DNA from: Basidiobolus ranarum
Taxonomy: Eukaryota
Direction: 5' to 3'
Length of the DNA: 51,258 nt
Assembly (NCBI GenBank): GCA_040143965.1
Contig: JASJQH010000016.1
Span: 1 to 51,258, forward strand
In this document: one piece after another, positions 1 to 12,411 of the stretch
How positions within the stretch are numbered: the first letter of the stretch is position 1
Layout of the letters: the number at the start of each line of letters is the position of its first letter
The notes under the pieces: generated by a model
The model's database searches: none
Told to the model about the DNA's origin: nothing
The model's input: only the letters and a program-made list of their open reading frames with translations
Program-made: the position numbers and the translations under genes

Positions 1-596
1 TTGTTGGAGGAGATATTAGGGATATCGACTGCAGGATCAGTGATGATGACTGAGGGGGATCTACCAGATGGGAATAATGGCAAGTAAAGCACAAAGGATC
101 ATGGATCTCAGCTTTAAGGTCACCCCAAATACAAAATGACGGCAAAAGAGGCAATTTGGATGAGTCAAGATATTGACAGTATTGTTCAACTGTAGGTAAT
201 ACAAAAAGCATGTATTTGTCAAATTGAAGCTGTTTTTCCTTACCTATCAATCAGCAATACTCAGTCGGTTTAAGTTAGCAAGGTATTCAGTGCTCAAATA
301 GAAGTTGAGCAAATAAATGTTCAACTCTAAATAAATGAACAACGTGCATGAAGTAACAATGGTCGGAGGATCAGCTTGATCTTTCCAACTCTAATTGATG
401 CTGATCAGCCCAAATATCCATAGAACCTTATAGTTAACAGTGATATATTCCACAGTTTTACGGAGTTTTTATGGTCAAGTCTTTAATTGATTTCTAGGCA
501 TAAACAATAGTTCAATCCTCTCTTCCCTCTTTGTATTAGCTACTCTGAAGATATTATTTTGTAGCTTCAAAATATATTTGTTGCTTAGAGGAAAAT

Positions 597-3188
597 ATGA
601 AGTTCTCTCACTCGCTGCAATTTAATTCTGTACCGGATTGGCAAGATTATTACATAGCGTAAGATTGAAAGCCTGTATTTTAATAGACATCTGAAGTTAT
701 TTTCGATTACTGACTAACCAACTATTCTTTTCTTGATTTAAGCTATTCCAATTTGAAGAAAATCATCTACCAACTCGAAAAGATTGCTACTCAAACTGAA
801 CCTAATGATGACTTAGAGTCCCGCAGTTTAATAGGAGAGAGTGGAAGGGCAACAAATGTCTTCATCCCAGCATTGGACAAAGAATTATCCAAAATCACTA
901 CCTTCTTTACTAGAACGGAAGCTGGAATTCAAGGGGAGCTAAATCTTTTAGTTTCTGATTTAGAGCAATGCGAACGCAGCCTATTCCCAGAAGCCTCAAA
1001 TAATATGTTCAGGCCTTCACGTCTTTCCTTAGCTCCAACAAATCCTAATAGGGTTAGTGTTATAAAAGAGCAAAGTTCTAAACAACGGCAGTCGGTACTA
1101 TCCTTAGCATGGGAGGATGGTGCTCCTGGCTCGGCAGAGGCGTCACCTAGAATGGAAGAGGCACGAATTCCTACTTTTAAAGTTTGGACTGATTCTCACC
1201 CCGATCAAGTTCAAAGATTTCGTACTCGTATTGTGAGTTTATTTGTCCAATTTTCTGAGCTTAAGGGTTATATTGACCTCAATATGACTGGATTTCGAAA
1301 AATCCTAAAGAAATTTGACAAAATCACAAATAATGATTTAAAGGACAAGTACATTAATACTGTGGTGAAAGAGTCTTACCCATTCAATAGTATTACGAAA
1401 AGAAAAATCAACCACGCTGTAGAGCAATTGCAGTCAATGTACGCTGCTATCTGCTGTAATGGCGATATGGAGGCTGCTGAGGTAGATTTGAGATCACATT
1501 TGCGTGAGCATATTGTCTGGGAGAGAAACACCGTCTGGAGAGATATGATGAGCATGGAGAGAAAGGTTACAGCTGCCGGTGTACGACAGGAAGCTACTCA
1601 GCAAGCAATTACTGGTAGGAAGAGAAGGAGTTCTGTTCTAGGTGTTACAGTTCCCACTTCAAGTACCTCTGTGAATGTGTGGGCTATTTTGGCCTGCTTA
1701 ATTGTGTTTATCGTTTTGTTGAGCATTAGAATCTTTGATGCTCCTGAAAAGCAAAACTGCTTTGCCCTATTGATTTTTGTTTCTCTTTTATGGGCAACAG
1801 AGGTAAGTTTGAAATGTTCAAAATATGATAGCTCATTCTTACTAATATTCTGACCAATCTAAGGTCATCCCCCTCTTTGTTACCGCTCTTGTTATTCCGA
1901 TGCTTGTAGTTTTTCTTCGAGTCTTACGATCTGATGATGGTCACTTTACTCGTTTGACAGCCCAACAAGCTACTCAGCGGATCTTTGGCACAATGTTTTC
2001 ACCAGTGATTATGCTATTGTTAGGTGGCTTCTCAATCGCTGCTGCTTTGAGCAAATATAACATCGCCAAGGCTCTGGCTACTTGGGTACTCTCTAAAGCT
2101 GGAACTAAGCCTAGTACAGTGCTATTAGCCAACATGATTGTTGCTACAGTAGCCAGTATGTGGATAAGCAATGTGGCAGCTCCAGTTCTTTGCTTTTCTT
2201 TGATTCAACCCATTTTGAGGACACTCCCAGCAAATAGCCCATTTGCTAGTTGCTTAATCATGGGAATTGCGTTAGCTTCGAACATTGGTGGGATGGCTTC
2301 TCCTATCAGTTCTCCTCAAAACATTATAGCCATTGATAATATGAATCCTCATCCTTCATGGGCTGAGTGGTTCTTTATTACCATTCCCATCTGCTTAGTT
2401 GGCGATCTGCTGGTATGGGGCTTATTGTTGTGGAATTACAAGCCCCCTACCAACACTCCAATTAACTATATCCGAGCTAACCGTGAGCCCTTCTCACGTA
2501 CTCAAATTTTCATCATCTCAGTCACAGTGTTAACCATAATCCTCTGGTGTGTTGAATCTCAGCTTGCTGATGTTGTGGGCGATATGGGCATTATTGCGAT
2601 CATTCCATTGGTTGTATTTTTCGGTACAGGCTTGTTGACCAAAGAGGATTTCAATAATTTCTTGTGGACAGTCATCATCTTGGCTATGGGTGGTATAGCT
2701 CTAGGAAAGGCTGTTGAATCATCCGGCCTCTTACATACAATAGCCGATCATATTCGAATTCTAGTGGATGGACTTTCTCCTTGGAAGATATTAGTGGTCT
2801 TTTGCTCTCTAGTGCTTGTCATTGCCACCTTCATCTCCCATACAGTTGGTGCTCTCATCATATTACCAATTGTTGCCGAAGTTGGAAACTCGTTACCTGA
2901 TCCTCGCCCTCGCCTATTAGTCATGGTATGATTATTTAAATTCAAATCTATCTCACTTTCTTTATGTAACTTATTTTCTTGTAGGGAGCGGCTCTGATGT
3001 GCTCTGGTGCTATGGGATTACCAGTATCAGGATTTCCCAATATGAATGCAATTATGTTGGAAAACGAGACTGGTGTACGCTATCTCAACACCCGAGACTT
3101 TTTAAAGAATGGAGTCCCTGGTTCCTTTTTGATTATGCTGATCGTGATATCGTTAGGATATGGCTTAATGCTTATCTTGGGTTATTAG
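597..3188 (+). CDS. SPX-domain low-affinity phosphate transporter (Pho87/Pho90/Pho91 family, SLC13/DASS-type permease); 4 exons: 597-658, 743-1802, 1864-2925, 2985-3188
   Basis: Spliced N-terminus MKFSHSLQFNSVPDWQDYYIAYSNLKK and FRKILKKFDK are SPX hallmarks. Multi-TM domain has SMWISNVAAP, SNIGGMASPISSPQN and MGLPVSGFPN motifs. All three introns are GT-AG and keep the frame. Confidence 0.95.
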
Positions 3189-3838
3189 TTACCACCATAC
3201 AATACGCTTTCTACAGTATATGGTGATTTCTACCCGTACTAGCAATTGCATAAGCAATGTACATCTGTCCTCTGATTTACATTTACAAGTCATGCCCATA
3301 CCCTTATGTTGTATTTTTGAATAAGTAGCTTGTTTCTCCATCAAATCCAAAAGTCCTTTTTCTGAGAACTGAAAAGAACTCAACAAATATCCAGCGTATT
3401 TAATAACATTATCATCCATGTATCGTATGATACTATGCTGTTTTACATCTGATAAAGCTTATTTGACGTAAACAAGAGAGCCCTGATTTGCATAGTGACT
3501 AGCTTTGTAAACTAATGATATACCATCATCTAATAGAAATATCATCATTCCACCATGTGGACTGCCAATAGTACTGAAGGGATATGGTGCCTCTTTAAGA
3601 TTATCAAAAAGTCTCTATACCCACCTTGGCTCATATGGCAATTTTGGGGCAATTAGAGTTCTGTTCGACCAAGGACGCCAAACTGAAACACAACGAATGT
3701 ATGATCGACCATTCGCATACCTAATCGTAAATTCCACCGTGACACTACCTCAATGCGTGGGATACTAAGAAGCCAGCATCAAGACTCTTTTTAAATATAA
3801 GGTGAATGAATGTTGTAATAGTAGGTAGAAAACTCAAC

Positions 3839-4264
3839 ATGTTTAAAAAATCAATCACTTCATTTGTTCTGGCAATCATCCTACTTTTAGGTGTCCTTGG
3901 TTACTGTTCTGCCACTCCTGTGAATGACGATATTGCTGAATATCGTGTTGAATATAAAGCCCTCTTAGACGTGCTTACAACTCAAGTTGAGAGACTTGAC
4001 GGCCTACAAAGTAATCTTGACCAAGGCAAAATTACTCCTGGTCTGGAGACCAGAAGAGCCTGGGATCAGTACAAATCTATCTATATGGCAGTCAATGGAC
4101 AGGAAAAAGTGTGGAATAGAGCTCAACAAACGGTCGCTAGAAACCACCCTAATGATCCAATGATTAGGAAGATGCTTGCCTTCGATAAAGGAAAATACAC
4201 CGCAAAACGTGCCGCTTATGATGTAAAGTATGAGAAGGTCGGTGAAGGCCTGCGCAACCTCTAA
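3839..4264 (+). CDS. Small secreted helical protein of unknown function (intronless, ~141 aa)
   Basis: ATG at 3839 gives a classical signal peptide (MFKKSITSFVLAIILLLGVLGYCSA|TP). A TATAA lies ~40 nt upstream and an AATAAA downstream. The mature part is charged, amphipathic and Cys-free. Confidence 0.75.
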   Translation: MFKKSITSFVLAIILLLGVLGYCSATPVNDDIAEYRVEYKALLDVLTTQVERLDGLQSNLDQGKITPGLETRRAWDQYKSIYMAVNGQEKVWNRAQQTVARNHPNDPMIRKMLAFDKGKYTAKRAAYDVKYEKVGEGLRNL

Positions 4265-5179
4265 CTTCGTAACATTTTTAGCCTCCGACATCTTTGTGTT
4301 ACAGCATTTCTAAATTTGGATCACATCATTGGCGATTGATTCAATTAAGCGAGCTAAGCGACTGCTTTCAAATAAAACCATTTTGTAACAAGCATTGAAT
4401 ACTATGGAAAGACCCAGAAGACCCATTTTTAGTTCATATACTTTATATGCTAAAATAAGCTTGCATTAACAGTCACTTGATCCATTATTTCGTATATCAA
4501 TGTTTCCGTTACACGTTGCTTCAGTACGTAATGCATAGTATTGTATACTTTTTCTCGAGTTTCAATATGTAGTAGAGCCTCGAACAGGCCCAAGTTCCAC
4601 ATATACCTGCCTTGACATGTACATTCATAAGTTTTTACAAGTAATTGAGTCATCCAGACACTCCACCAAAAATCATTTCAAAAGTGAAGCCGTATCCTCA
4701 ATGTACTCAAAATGCACCAACCCTTGCAAAGAATACGGAAAAGCGGTATACATGCAGGGCGTGCAGATGTACGACAGCAATAACTTACATGCAAATGTAA
4801 AAAAAACTAGTAGTCTCGAACCGAGTTCTTACCCCATGAGTACAGGTGAAATCAGCATGAAGCATGTTCACCTGAAAGATTGAATAATATATCAATATAC
4901 TTGATTTGGACAGTTTTAAAAAAGAGTTTAATGAGAAACTGGACCATGGAGATTTACTACACACATGCAAATGAAAAGCGAGTATGGATGCAGGCTTGAG
5001 TGGGTATATACATTTTTCATTTGAAAGCTGAAAATAGATGAAAGCAAAAACTGTAAAGTGCCATGTAGTTTAACCATGTTAGTTTTAAGTGAGTATAGTG
5101 ATGAAGAATAGGATTCTTAGTAGGGAAAAGATGTGAAAAATACAGAATATTGAGTTGGAAGGAAATAGTAAATAGATAG

Positions 5180-5983
5180 TTAGTGACGAGAAAGTGGTAT
5201 CAATTTATAAATATTGGGATTTAACCATTCTAGCTGTACCCTTTTCGTAACGCTCTTGGTCATTTCTAGCTTGAATTAAAACGACACAAGCTAAGAAAGC
5301 GAATACATCAACTGCGACGAAACCAAAAAGACATGTGTAAATGTTACGCAAGTAGTTATCGGTATATATATGAATGGCGTCTACACATCCAGTATGTGGG
5401 ACATTAGTGATACGGCAAAATGCTGAGTCTGAGGGATCATCTTGAGCGTTATAGTAACCACAACATCCATCCTAAAATCAATCAATTCTAACATGAGGGG
5501 ATTTCTTAGATGACTTGAAAAACGTATGAGTACTTACTGCTTCCTGAAATGCTACTTTAAGAACGGGATCCCACGTTCTCCATTTTTCTGAAAAACTACC
5601 ACGAATATTGAGTGAGCGGAACCAAATCGCAGCACCCAAAAACAATTCAATACAAATTACAAAGGCTATCAGCCAAGCAAAGACAACCAATATATTCTTT
5701 CTTCTCACTGGGCGTATCGAGGCAAAGAATCCGGTCAACGAAGATATCACCGTAAGAGCGCCAACAAAGAATCCACCTAAAATAAATCATATGTAAGTCA
5801 TAAATAAGCGTCAAGATGAATATATCAAAAGGTACCATATATCATATCGCGAGTAACGACCACAGCTCTTCGCATATACGGTGTTGCCAAGAAGTAGGAT
5901 GCCACTCCCAGGGCAACTAGCCCAGAAGTCAAGAAAACAAGAGTAAGGAGAAAGAAAGAAAGACGAATGTTGGAGCTAATCAT
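5180..5983 (-). CDS. Fungal tetraspanin (Pls1/Tsp-like), 3 exons
   Basis: Four hydrophobic segments. The large extracellular loop has CCG (GCCGYYNA) plus two further Cys (FC...GC). It starts MISSNIRLSF and ends LIPLSRH*. GT-AG introns near 5835-5777 and 5537-5472. Confidence 0.88.
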
Positions 5984-6784
5984 CTTTGTACTATGTTTAG
6001 AAAAGTTCAAAAAACGGAGAGAAGTGCGAAGGTGGTTTGACCTATTATCCACTGGACCAGCACGTAGTGAAAAGTATAATAGAGTCCTGTATAAGAGAAG
6101 GCGAACTAAGGACAAGAAGGGAAAAGATGGGTGAGGAGCTCAAAATTTAGGAGAAAGAAATAGAGGTTGTGGTAACGGCAAGTCTACATTTTTTATGCAT
6201 TGCATCCAGATAATTTGACCACAACGTTACACTTAACATATTACCTTATCCAAATCAGTAAAGATGAGTTCTTACTATTCATTCGGTGTACAGTAATAAC
6301 GCTCGTGCTTATACAATAGAAACGATATAATCGTTCCTTAAATTGGCGAGACAAAAACATCAAATTTTAGGAGCCAAATATAGGAATTCTCTTAAATTGA
6401 GATGACCCAAATCCACCTGTGATCGAAAATATGGAATTGAAGTGCGGTTCCCAACATAAACCTCAAACAAGTTTGTGATTTCAATGTGACATTACTGAAG
6501 AGTGCAGCAACTTTGAGGATCAAGGGATGTTTCCAATAATGAGGGCACTTAATATACAGAGTCTAGAGGCCTGTCACATGATGAGTCAATCGAGTTTCGC
6601 ATCGGACAATGTGATAGAACCATGAAGTTTGACTTGTAGATATATGTCCGACATCTTAAACACTGCTGATTCCTAGGTGGGTACTCGCGTGGATAATACT
6701 GGAGTAGCATTTAACTTTACCTCTGTCATAAACTACTTAGTTTGTGACAGTTTCGGCTAATGAATTATTATCTATTAATCAAGT

Positions 6785-6892
6785 CAAAATGAGTTATTAT
6801 CTATCAAGCAGGTCGTTCACCAAAATGAGTTATTATCTATCAAGCAGGTCGTTCACCAAAATGAGTTATTATCTATCAAGCAGGTCGTTCAC
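6785..6892. repeat. Perfect tandem repeat, 36 bp x 3 (caaaatgagttattatctatcaagcaggtcgttcac)
   Basis: Three identical adjacent copies at 6785, 6821 and 6857, with a degenerate partial copy just upstream (~6759-6784). No spacers. Confidence 0.97.
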
Positions 6893-8088
6893 CTTTTGAT
6901 AAGGGACTTCAATATGGTTGCATTTACTATTGGTTCAGGTTAGTTTTTTGAATTTCCTCTGGTCTAATTCTCTATGTTTCTGTATGTTAAAGTTTGAAAA
7001 ATATTATATACTCCATTCCAATGCTAATTCTCAACGAATGCTCATGAGTAGCATTATGAATCTACGCTCAAAAATATTATACTAACTTTACAGAATCGAG
7101 TCTTCAAGGAAACAGAATCAACTTCTTTGTAAAGTCGCTCTCTTTTATTGTTCAATTTCTTAGAAATATACTTGCTTCAATGTTTTATACGAAGTGCTTC
7201 TTGCAGGTAAGACAGCCACTTAGAATAAATACTAGCAGGTGGATCTGACTGAGGAGGCTGAAAACTTAGCATCGAATTATGTTGGCAGTTGATTAGTCAA
7301 GAACAGCTGCACTTGATGTGGTTGCATATAATTGAAACATAAAAGCCATTTCTCATAATAAAGCATGAATTCTTACGGACATCAAAACAATAAAAGCAAA
7401 CACCAGTCAATTCTTATTTGATCAGAATACCAGCCTGTAGAGCTGTAGAGTGTGACTAACCAAGTGACTAATCCTTTATGTTTAACCTCCCAATGTTCAT
7501 GCAGCCTTGTAGATCGATTCGTTAGTCCTGTTAATTAAAAACCCCTAACAATAGTTTAAGCAAGCGGCTAAATTGAAACAATTCAGTTTCATAACCCATC
7601 GAGGCGCATTAACTGAGTCTGTGTTTCTATTGACTTTAATTCCGGGATGAGGCTGTTGTACTCTCTAGTTCTATATAAAAACTTCGCATACTCATCAAAG
7701 CATTTTTAGGCAAGCTCCCCTATTCGAAGTAAATTTATCTTTTTCAATCCAGTTTTGCTACTTTCCACTCATCCCTTCTGTATTTCCCTCGTGTTGCCAC
7801 ATCTCCGTCTCAACGATATTCCATCCAAGAGAATCGATCTCCCCCTCTCCCTCCCCTACCTCACCAAGGCATATATAACTAGCAAGAGGTCCTAGTTGGA
7901 AGATGACAAACTCCATTAGTAACTCGCGGTACAACTTTACCAGGCTGATGTTTTACCTTACCAGCTACTTTTTAAATTCCGTTGATCGGCTTCAGAAATT
8001 GATCACTCCTACATATTTGTATTTACTTAGTATTTCCCATTTCTTCTACATGATTTCCGTATTTCTTTATTTCCTAATTCAACAAATT

Positions 8089-8557
8089 ATGCCTGATTTT
8101 TCACGCGGAGTTTTGTCCAGTAAAACAAGGAAGGTGGTGGAATCTAGTTCCAAATCAAAGGCTTTAACCAACAAACCGCACCAGAGAAAAGATCTAGTAC
8201 ACACTATCCAACAAAATTTATTATTAAGCCAGCGCTTTGAAGGCTTACTTAGAGAGGCTTGGAATACCGTAATCCCTGATGGTTACCAAAGGAAAGATGA
8301 CCTTCGTGCAGTATTGAAGAAACTTGGAAACCGTCAGAAATATACGGATTCTTTGTCTATCGAAGACCAAAAGTTCTTAAGAAAAGTCCAAGAGCTGGTG
8401 CTTCTTGAAGATGCATGTAAGTTTTTCGATAATTATGGCTACTGTATCTGAGTTTTTTATATTAACTTTCTACCCCGAAGGGAACTCGACAAATTTCACT
8501 CAGATGCTATCAAATCAACTGGAATCGATTGTAGTAAAACTAAACTCTAAAGTTTGA
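8089..8557 (+). CDS. Hypothetical basic helical protein, 2 exons (8089-8416, 8481-8557)
   Basis: ATG at 8089 (MPDFSRG...). A GTAAGT donor at 8417 and an AG at 8480 extend the frame to ...WNSTNFTQMLSNQLESIVVKLNSKV*. The upstream part of the listed ORF looks like AT-rich UTR. Confidence 0.55.
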
Positions 8558-9289
8558 GCAGCCTTGACGATATGGAAATGATACGAATAAGCTTCTGTGT
8601 CTCTGGTAGATAACCGTAGTGACAAGTAAACTTTCCTTTTCGAAATTTCAATTCCCGATTCGTTTTTGTTACCCAAGGCGAAACACTATTGAAATTTTGA
8701 ACGAGATCTTCTTTCGGACGGGCCACGCTTTAGATTTTTAATGCTTAATATATAATAAACGGCAAATTGTGAATGATATCCCTGCAACTAGTACTGAAGA
8801 TCTAGCAAGATTATTATATGATGCGTATCTCTGCATCGCTCAGATTGAGTAAAGGATTGTACAATGTGATATGAAAAATATTGACTTTCTATATAATGAA
8901 TGCTTTAACCTCGGTTCTTGCAGAGGTGCTAGATAGATTATACAATGTATGTACTGCACATTCTCGGAGTCTCTAGTGCGCTGACAAGTTTTTTGAAAGT
9001 AATTTGTTAAGAAATATCAAATAGAGTCTTCGGCAATGGCGAAACTTGCGTGCAAGAAGTGCTTGGAAACGTTAAAGAGTGCCAATGATCCTTGGATTAA
9101 AATCCTCGGTGGCTAGTGTTCACAACAGGTCAATATTTGTATTCACTAGTATGGGTGAGGTCAGATTTGCTACAGTTAGGTTCTAACGTCCGATTTTAGA
9201 TTTTTTTATCAAACTAAAAAATTATGTATCCATGTACAATAAGAGTTATATAGGCTACTGCATATTATGTTACTACTCATTCCGCTAGC

Positions 9290-11476
9290 ATGGCCTTTTC
9301 TAATAAACAGCCATTACCCAAAACTCTGTTAAATTCTGAAATCTTTCCATTAATAATAGAACATGTGGATCAAATAGATAGTATGTACGTTTTAATATGA
9401 ATCAAATAGAAAAAGGAATTACTCACATTACGGTATACTAAATTGTGAATGTTTACTTAGTTTTTGGCACTCTACTTGCTCTTAAGCCTTATGAAGCCGT
9501 GAATTCTACCTTTAGTACCCCTTTCAAATCTACCGTACTTAGCGCACCATCCACGCCAACGGCACGCTCTTCTCCTGCTGTAACATCGTCCCCGAGCAGT
9601 GGAAAATTCTTTTGTGAACCATGTCGTAAATCTTTTGGTAGCGAAGCCACTTGGTTAACGCATCAAAATTCGTCAAAACATTTACAAAATATTAAGAATC
9701 AGAAAAAAAATTCAAAGACTCCCAAGAAAAACAATCCCGAGATAAGAAAGAAAGCGGAAGGTAAAATTACCGCCTTCTTAATACGCAATATAGTAATTCA
9801 AATTTTCAAAAACTAACATGCTCATAAAAATGTTTAGCACTTTCTCCTAACCCACGCTCCACCACTTCACCACAAGTTGCAGGTTCTCATATTTTGTTTG
9901 AATGAATTTATCTATTTGAAGCTTTTATATTAACTATACGAATTTCTCCAGAGGCTCTGTTAAATGAAAAACAGGCAAAAAAGGTAGCTGCTGTTAATCC
10001 GGTTATGGCGGCTTCTGTGTTTTGGAATGTGTCCAAGGGTATTGCTTTCAATGTTTGTACTACTTTCCCAGTGGTATTAATTCTTCTTTTAGTCTTATGG
10101 GCCAACTCCCATGCTAGAGATACATACAACTCTTTGGAAAATTTGGTATATCATTTGGAGCAAACAATAGAGTCGGCTACAGAACAACAAGAAGAGCAGC
10201 TAATCGCCTTATTGCCAAAACTGGCGGCTACTTTATACTTGGCCAGGATGGCATTAGCTAGGCTTATTTATTACTATTCCGAGGATAAATACCTGGCATG
10301 TACTATTGCACATCAAGCAGTTGAGGAAAAATTTGGACTCCCTTCTTCTGAACTGAATGATATTATACAAGTTTGAATATTCTTAAGTTTGTGCGATTCT
10401 TTTAAGATATTTACCTTAATTTCTATACAATATAGACTGTTAATCTACTACCAATAGATGAACTATTTCGAAAATGTACCACAGTCATAGAAGATTCGAA
10501 TGCAAGTTTGAAGAATACAAAAGACCCTAACCTTACGTTATCAGATGTACTCTCAGAAGTGGCAGGCTTTTACTGCAACCACATTGATAAATCATCGGAA
10601 GAGTCTTGTGAACAAACCCGTAGTCTTCAACATTGCTCGGTGGTTCTATACGTCTTATCATCTATAATTTATACGAAACAAGAAAGGTAAATTTCAAGTT
10701 TTCGATATCAATGGCATAACCTTATCTCGGCTTCTGTCTCAACTTTTTAAAGAATGAAGGATTATATCCAAACACTGGGTTTTCTAGAACAGGTATGTTA
10801 TCCTTTAGACATTGGAAAGAAGAGATGTTTTCTCATCCCCGCAACCTTGTTTATTTCAGATTTATCATCACCTTGAACATCCTTGGTATGCTAGCGATAT
10901 CATGCTGCTATCCATAAAATCGGAAACGACCCCAATCAAAGCATCAGATGAGGATAAACTCCAGGATACAACTCAGGATTTAGATTTTCCGAATCTATGG
11001 TGGAAAGTCTGCAATGCTTTACTAATAGCTCTTGAGATTAGTAAGTACTCACCTTGACTTCTACTGGTTTGTAATCAGATGCTAATTACGTGTTTATCAT
11101 CGTCACATCCAACAGAAGATTTTGTTCGTGTTATGGAAATCCAAGATATCTATAGATCCATTCTAACGGCTCAAAACTTAGACGCAATTCCTTATTCAGA
11201 TATTAAGGTTTGGTCATTAATAGTATTTTAACTTGGAACATAATTTATAGACCATCTTTCACTACGTAGTTTTTGCTCTCTGCTGCTCGCGCTTTACAAA
11301 TCTACGACTCGACGTGGCTTCAATATACTGCTCCTTTCGAGATAGAGATACTTCAATTCAAAGCACAAAGTGTAGAACATACCTTAGACATTGAAGATTG
11401 TATGTTTGTTAATACTTTGACTAGATTTGAAGATAGATCACGATGGGTACAGCGTTTACGTAACATTTGCATATGA
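9290..11476 (+). CDS. Multi-exon protein with an N-terminal U1/matrin (C2H2-jaz-type) zinc finger and a helical C-terminal region
   Basis: FCEPCRKSFGSEATWLTHQNSSKH zinc finger. Exon 1 (MAFSNKQPLPK...) splices in frame across 9381-9460, and further GT-AG introns join ORFs 9445, 10005, 10508, 10812 and 11273. Confidence 0.75.
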
Positions 11477-12411
11477 AAGCGAGACTTGCCATCTTGCCTT
11501 TAGCGCTTTTCAAAACACTAATAAAATCTCGAAAACTAACCAATCTCAAGCGCTTCGATGAAACGTGATGTTACATATTAGTTTGATTTCAATGGGTCTC
11601 GCCCATCCAACATGTACCCCCAGATAACAATTCAATCTAATTTTGTTACCAGAGTTCAAAGATTTAATTTGTGGCTACACTGCTCAGGTTACATTGAATG
11701 ACATCGTTGACCTTATAAGATTAACATTACCGAGCTTTTGCGTGATACACGATTTTCCATCTCCCATTCGAACAACCGATAGTGTTAAGTAAACTCAACT
11801 GGGCCTTGTATTTGGGTGAACAAGTGAGCACAAAGTACTACCAAGTTTGATGTTTCAGGATGATCTACTGTCTTAGCTAGATAATGCCCAGTTTGCTCAT
11901 TTGTCCTATTTTGCAACCTTCCTGGTTAGGATTTCAATACACTGGCCAAGTGACAAAGGGGAGAGATTCTTTCAAATATCCATGGGGATGAGGTCTGAAG
12001 TGAATATTCAGAAGTCACACGTAATTTCTAGATATCTAGACCAATGAACTGTGAGTAAAGCCAGTGGGATATTTTGCGGTGTCAAGGTTTCTTCAAGCAA
12101 AAATATAAATCCATTGGTATATTAATTATCAAACTAAAATCAATCATTTGTGATCGTAGGCTGTCGGAAAAATAAATTAGACTGTTGAATACCTCTCAAC
12201 GTGAAGTTCATTCTTATTTTGGTTTGTTTGAACGTTACTTTTTTACTTTGTATCGGATTGCTTCGACTTCTGTAACTTACATCTCAATCCCCTAGGTGAA
12301 TGTCCTTACCTTTTTTATTAGAATACTGTTAAGAACATTCCTATTTCTTAATATAACTTTATTTTGGGTTTCGTTCTGTAAACAGCCCAGAGCTTGTTAT
12401 CTAGCGCATCA

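Noticed and set aside
1-87. Possible 3' end of an upstream CDS (LLEEILGIST...GNNGK*)
   Set aside because: Only 28 codons at the window edge, with no recognisable motif.
341-346. Pho4-type CACGTT site upstream of the phosphate transporter
   Set aside because: A single hexamer is expected by chance.
4450-4970. Short ORFs between the secreted protein and the tetraspanin
   Set aside because: No recognisable motif and no consistent splice chain. Possibly decayed sequence, but unsupported.
6785-6892. 36-bp repeats as a CRISPR array
   Set aside because: The units are directly adjacent with no spacers, there are no cas genes, and the context is eukaryotic.
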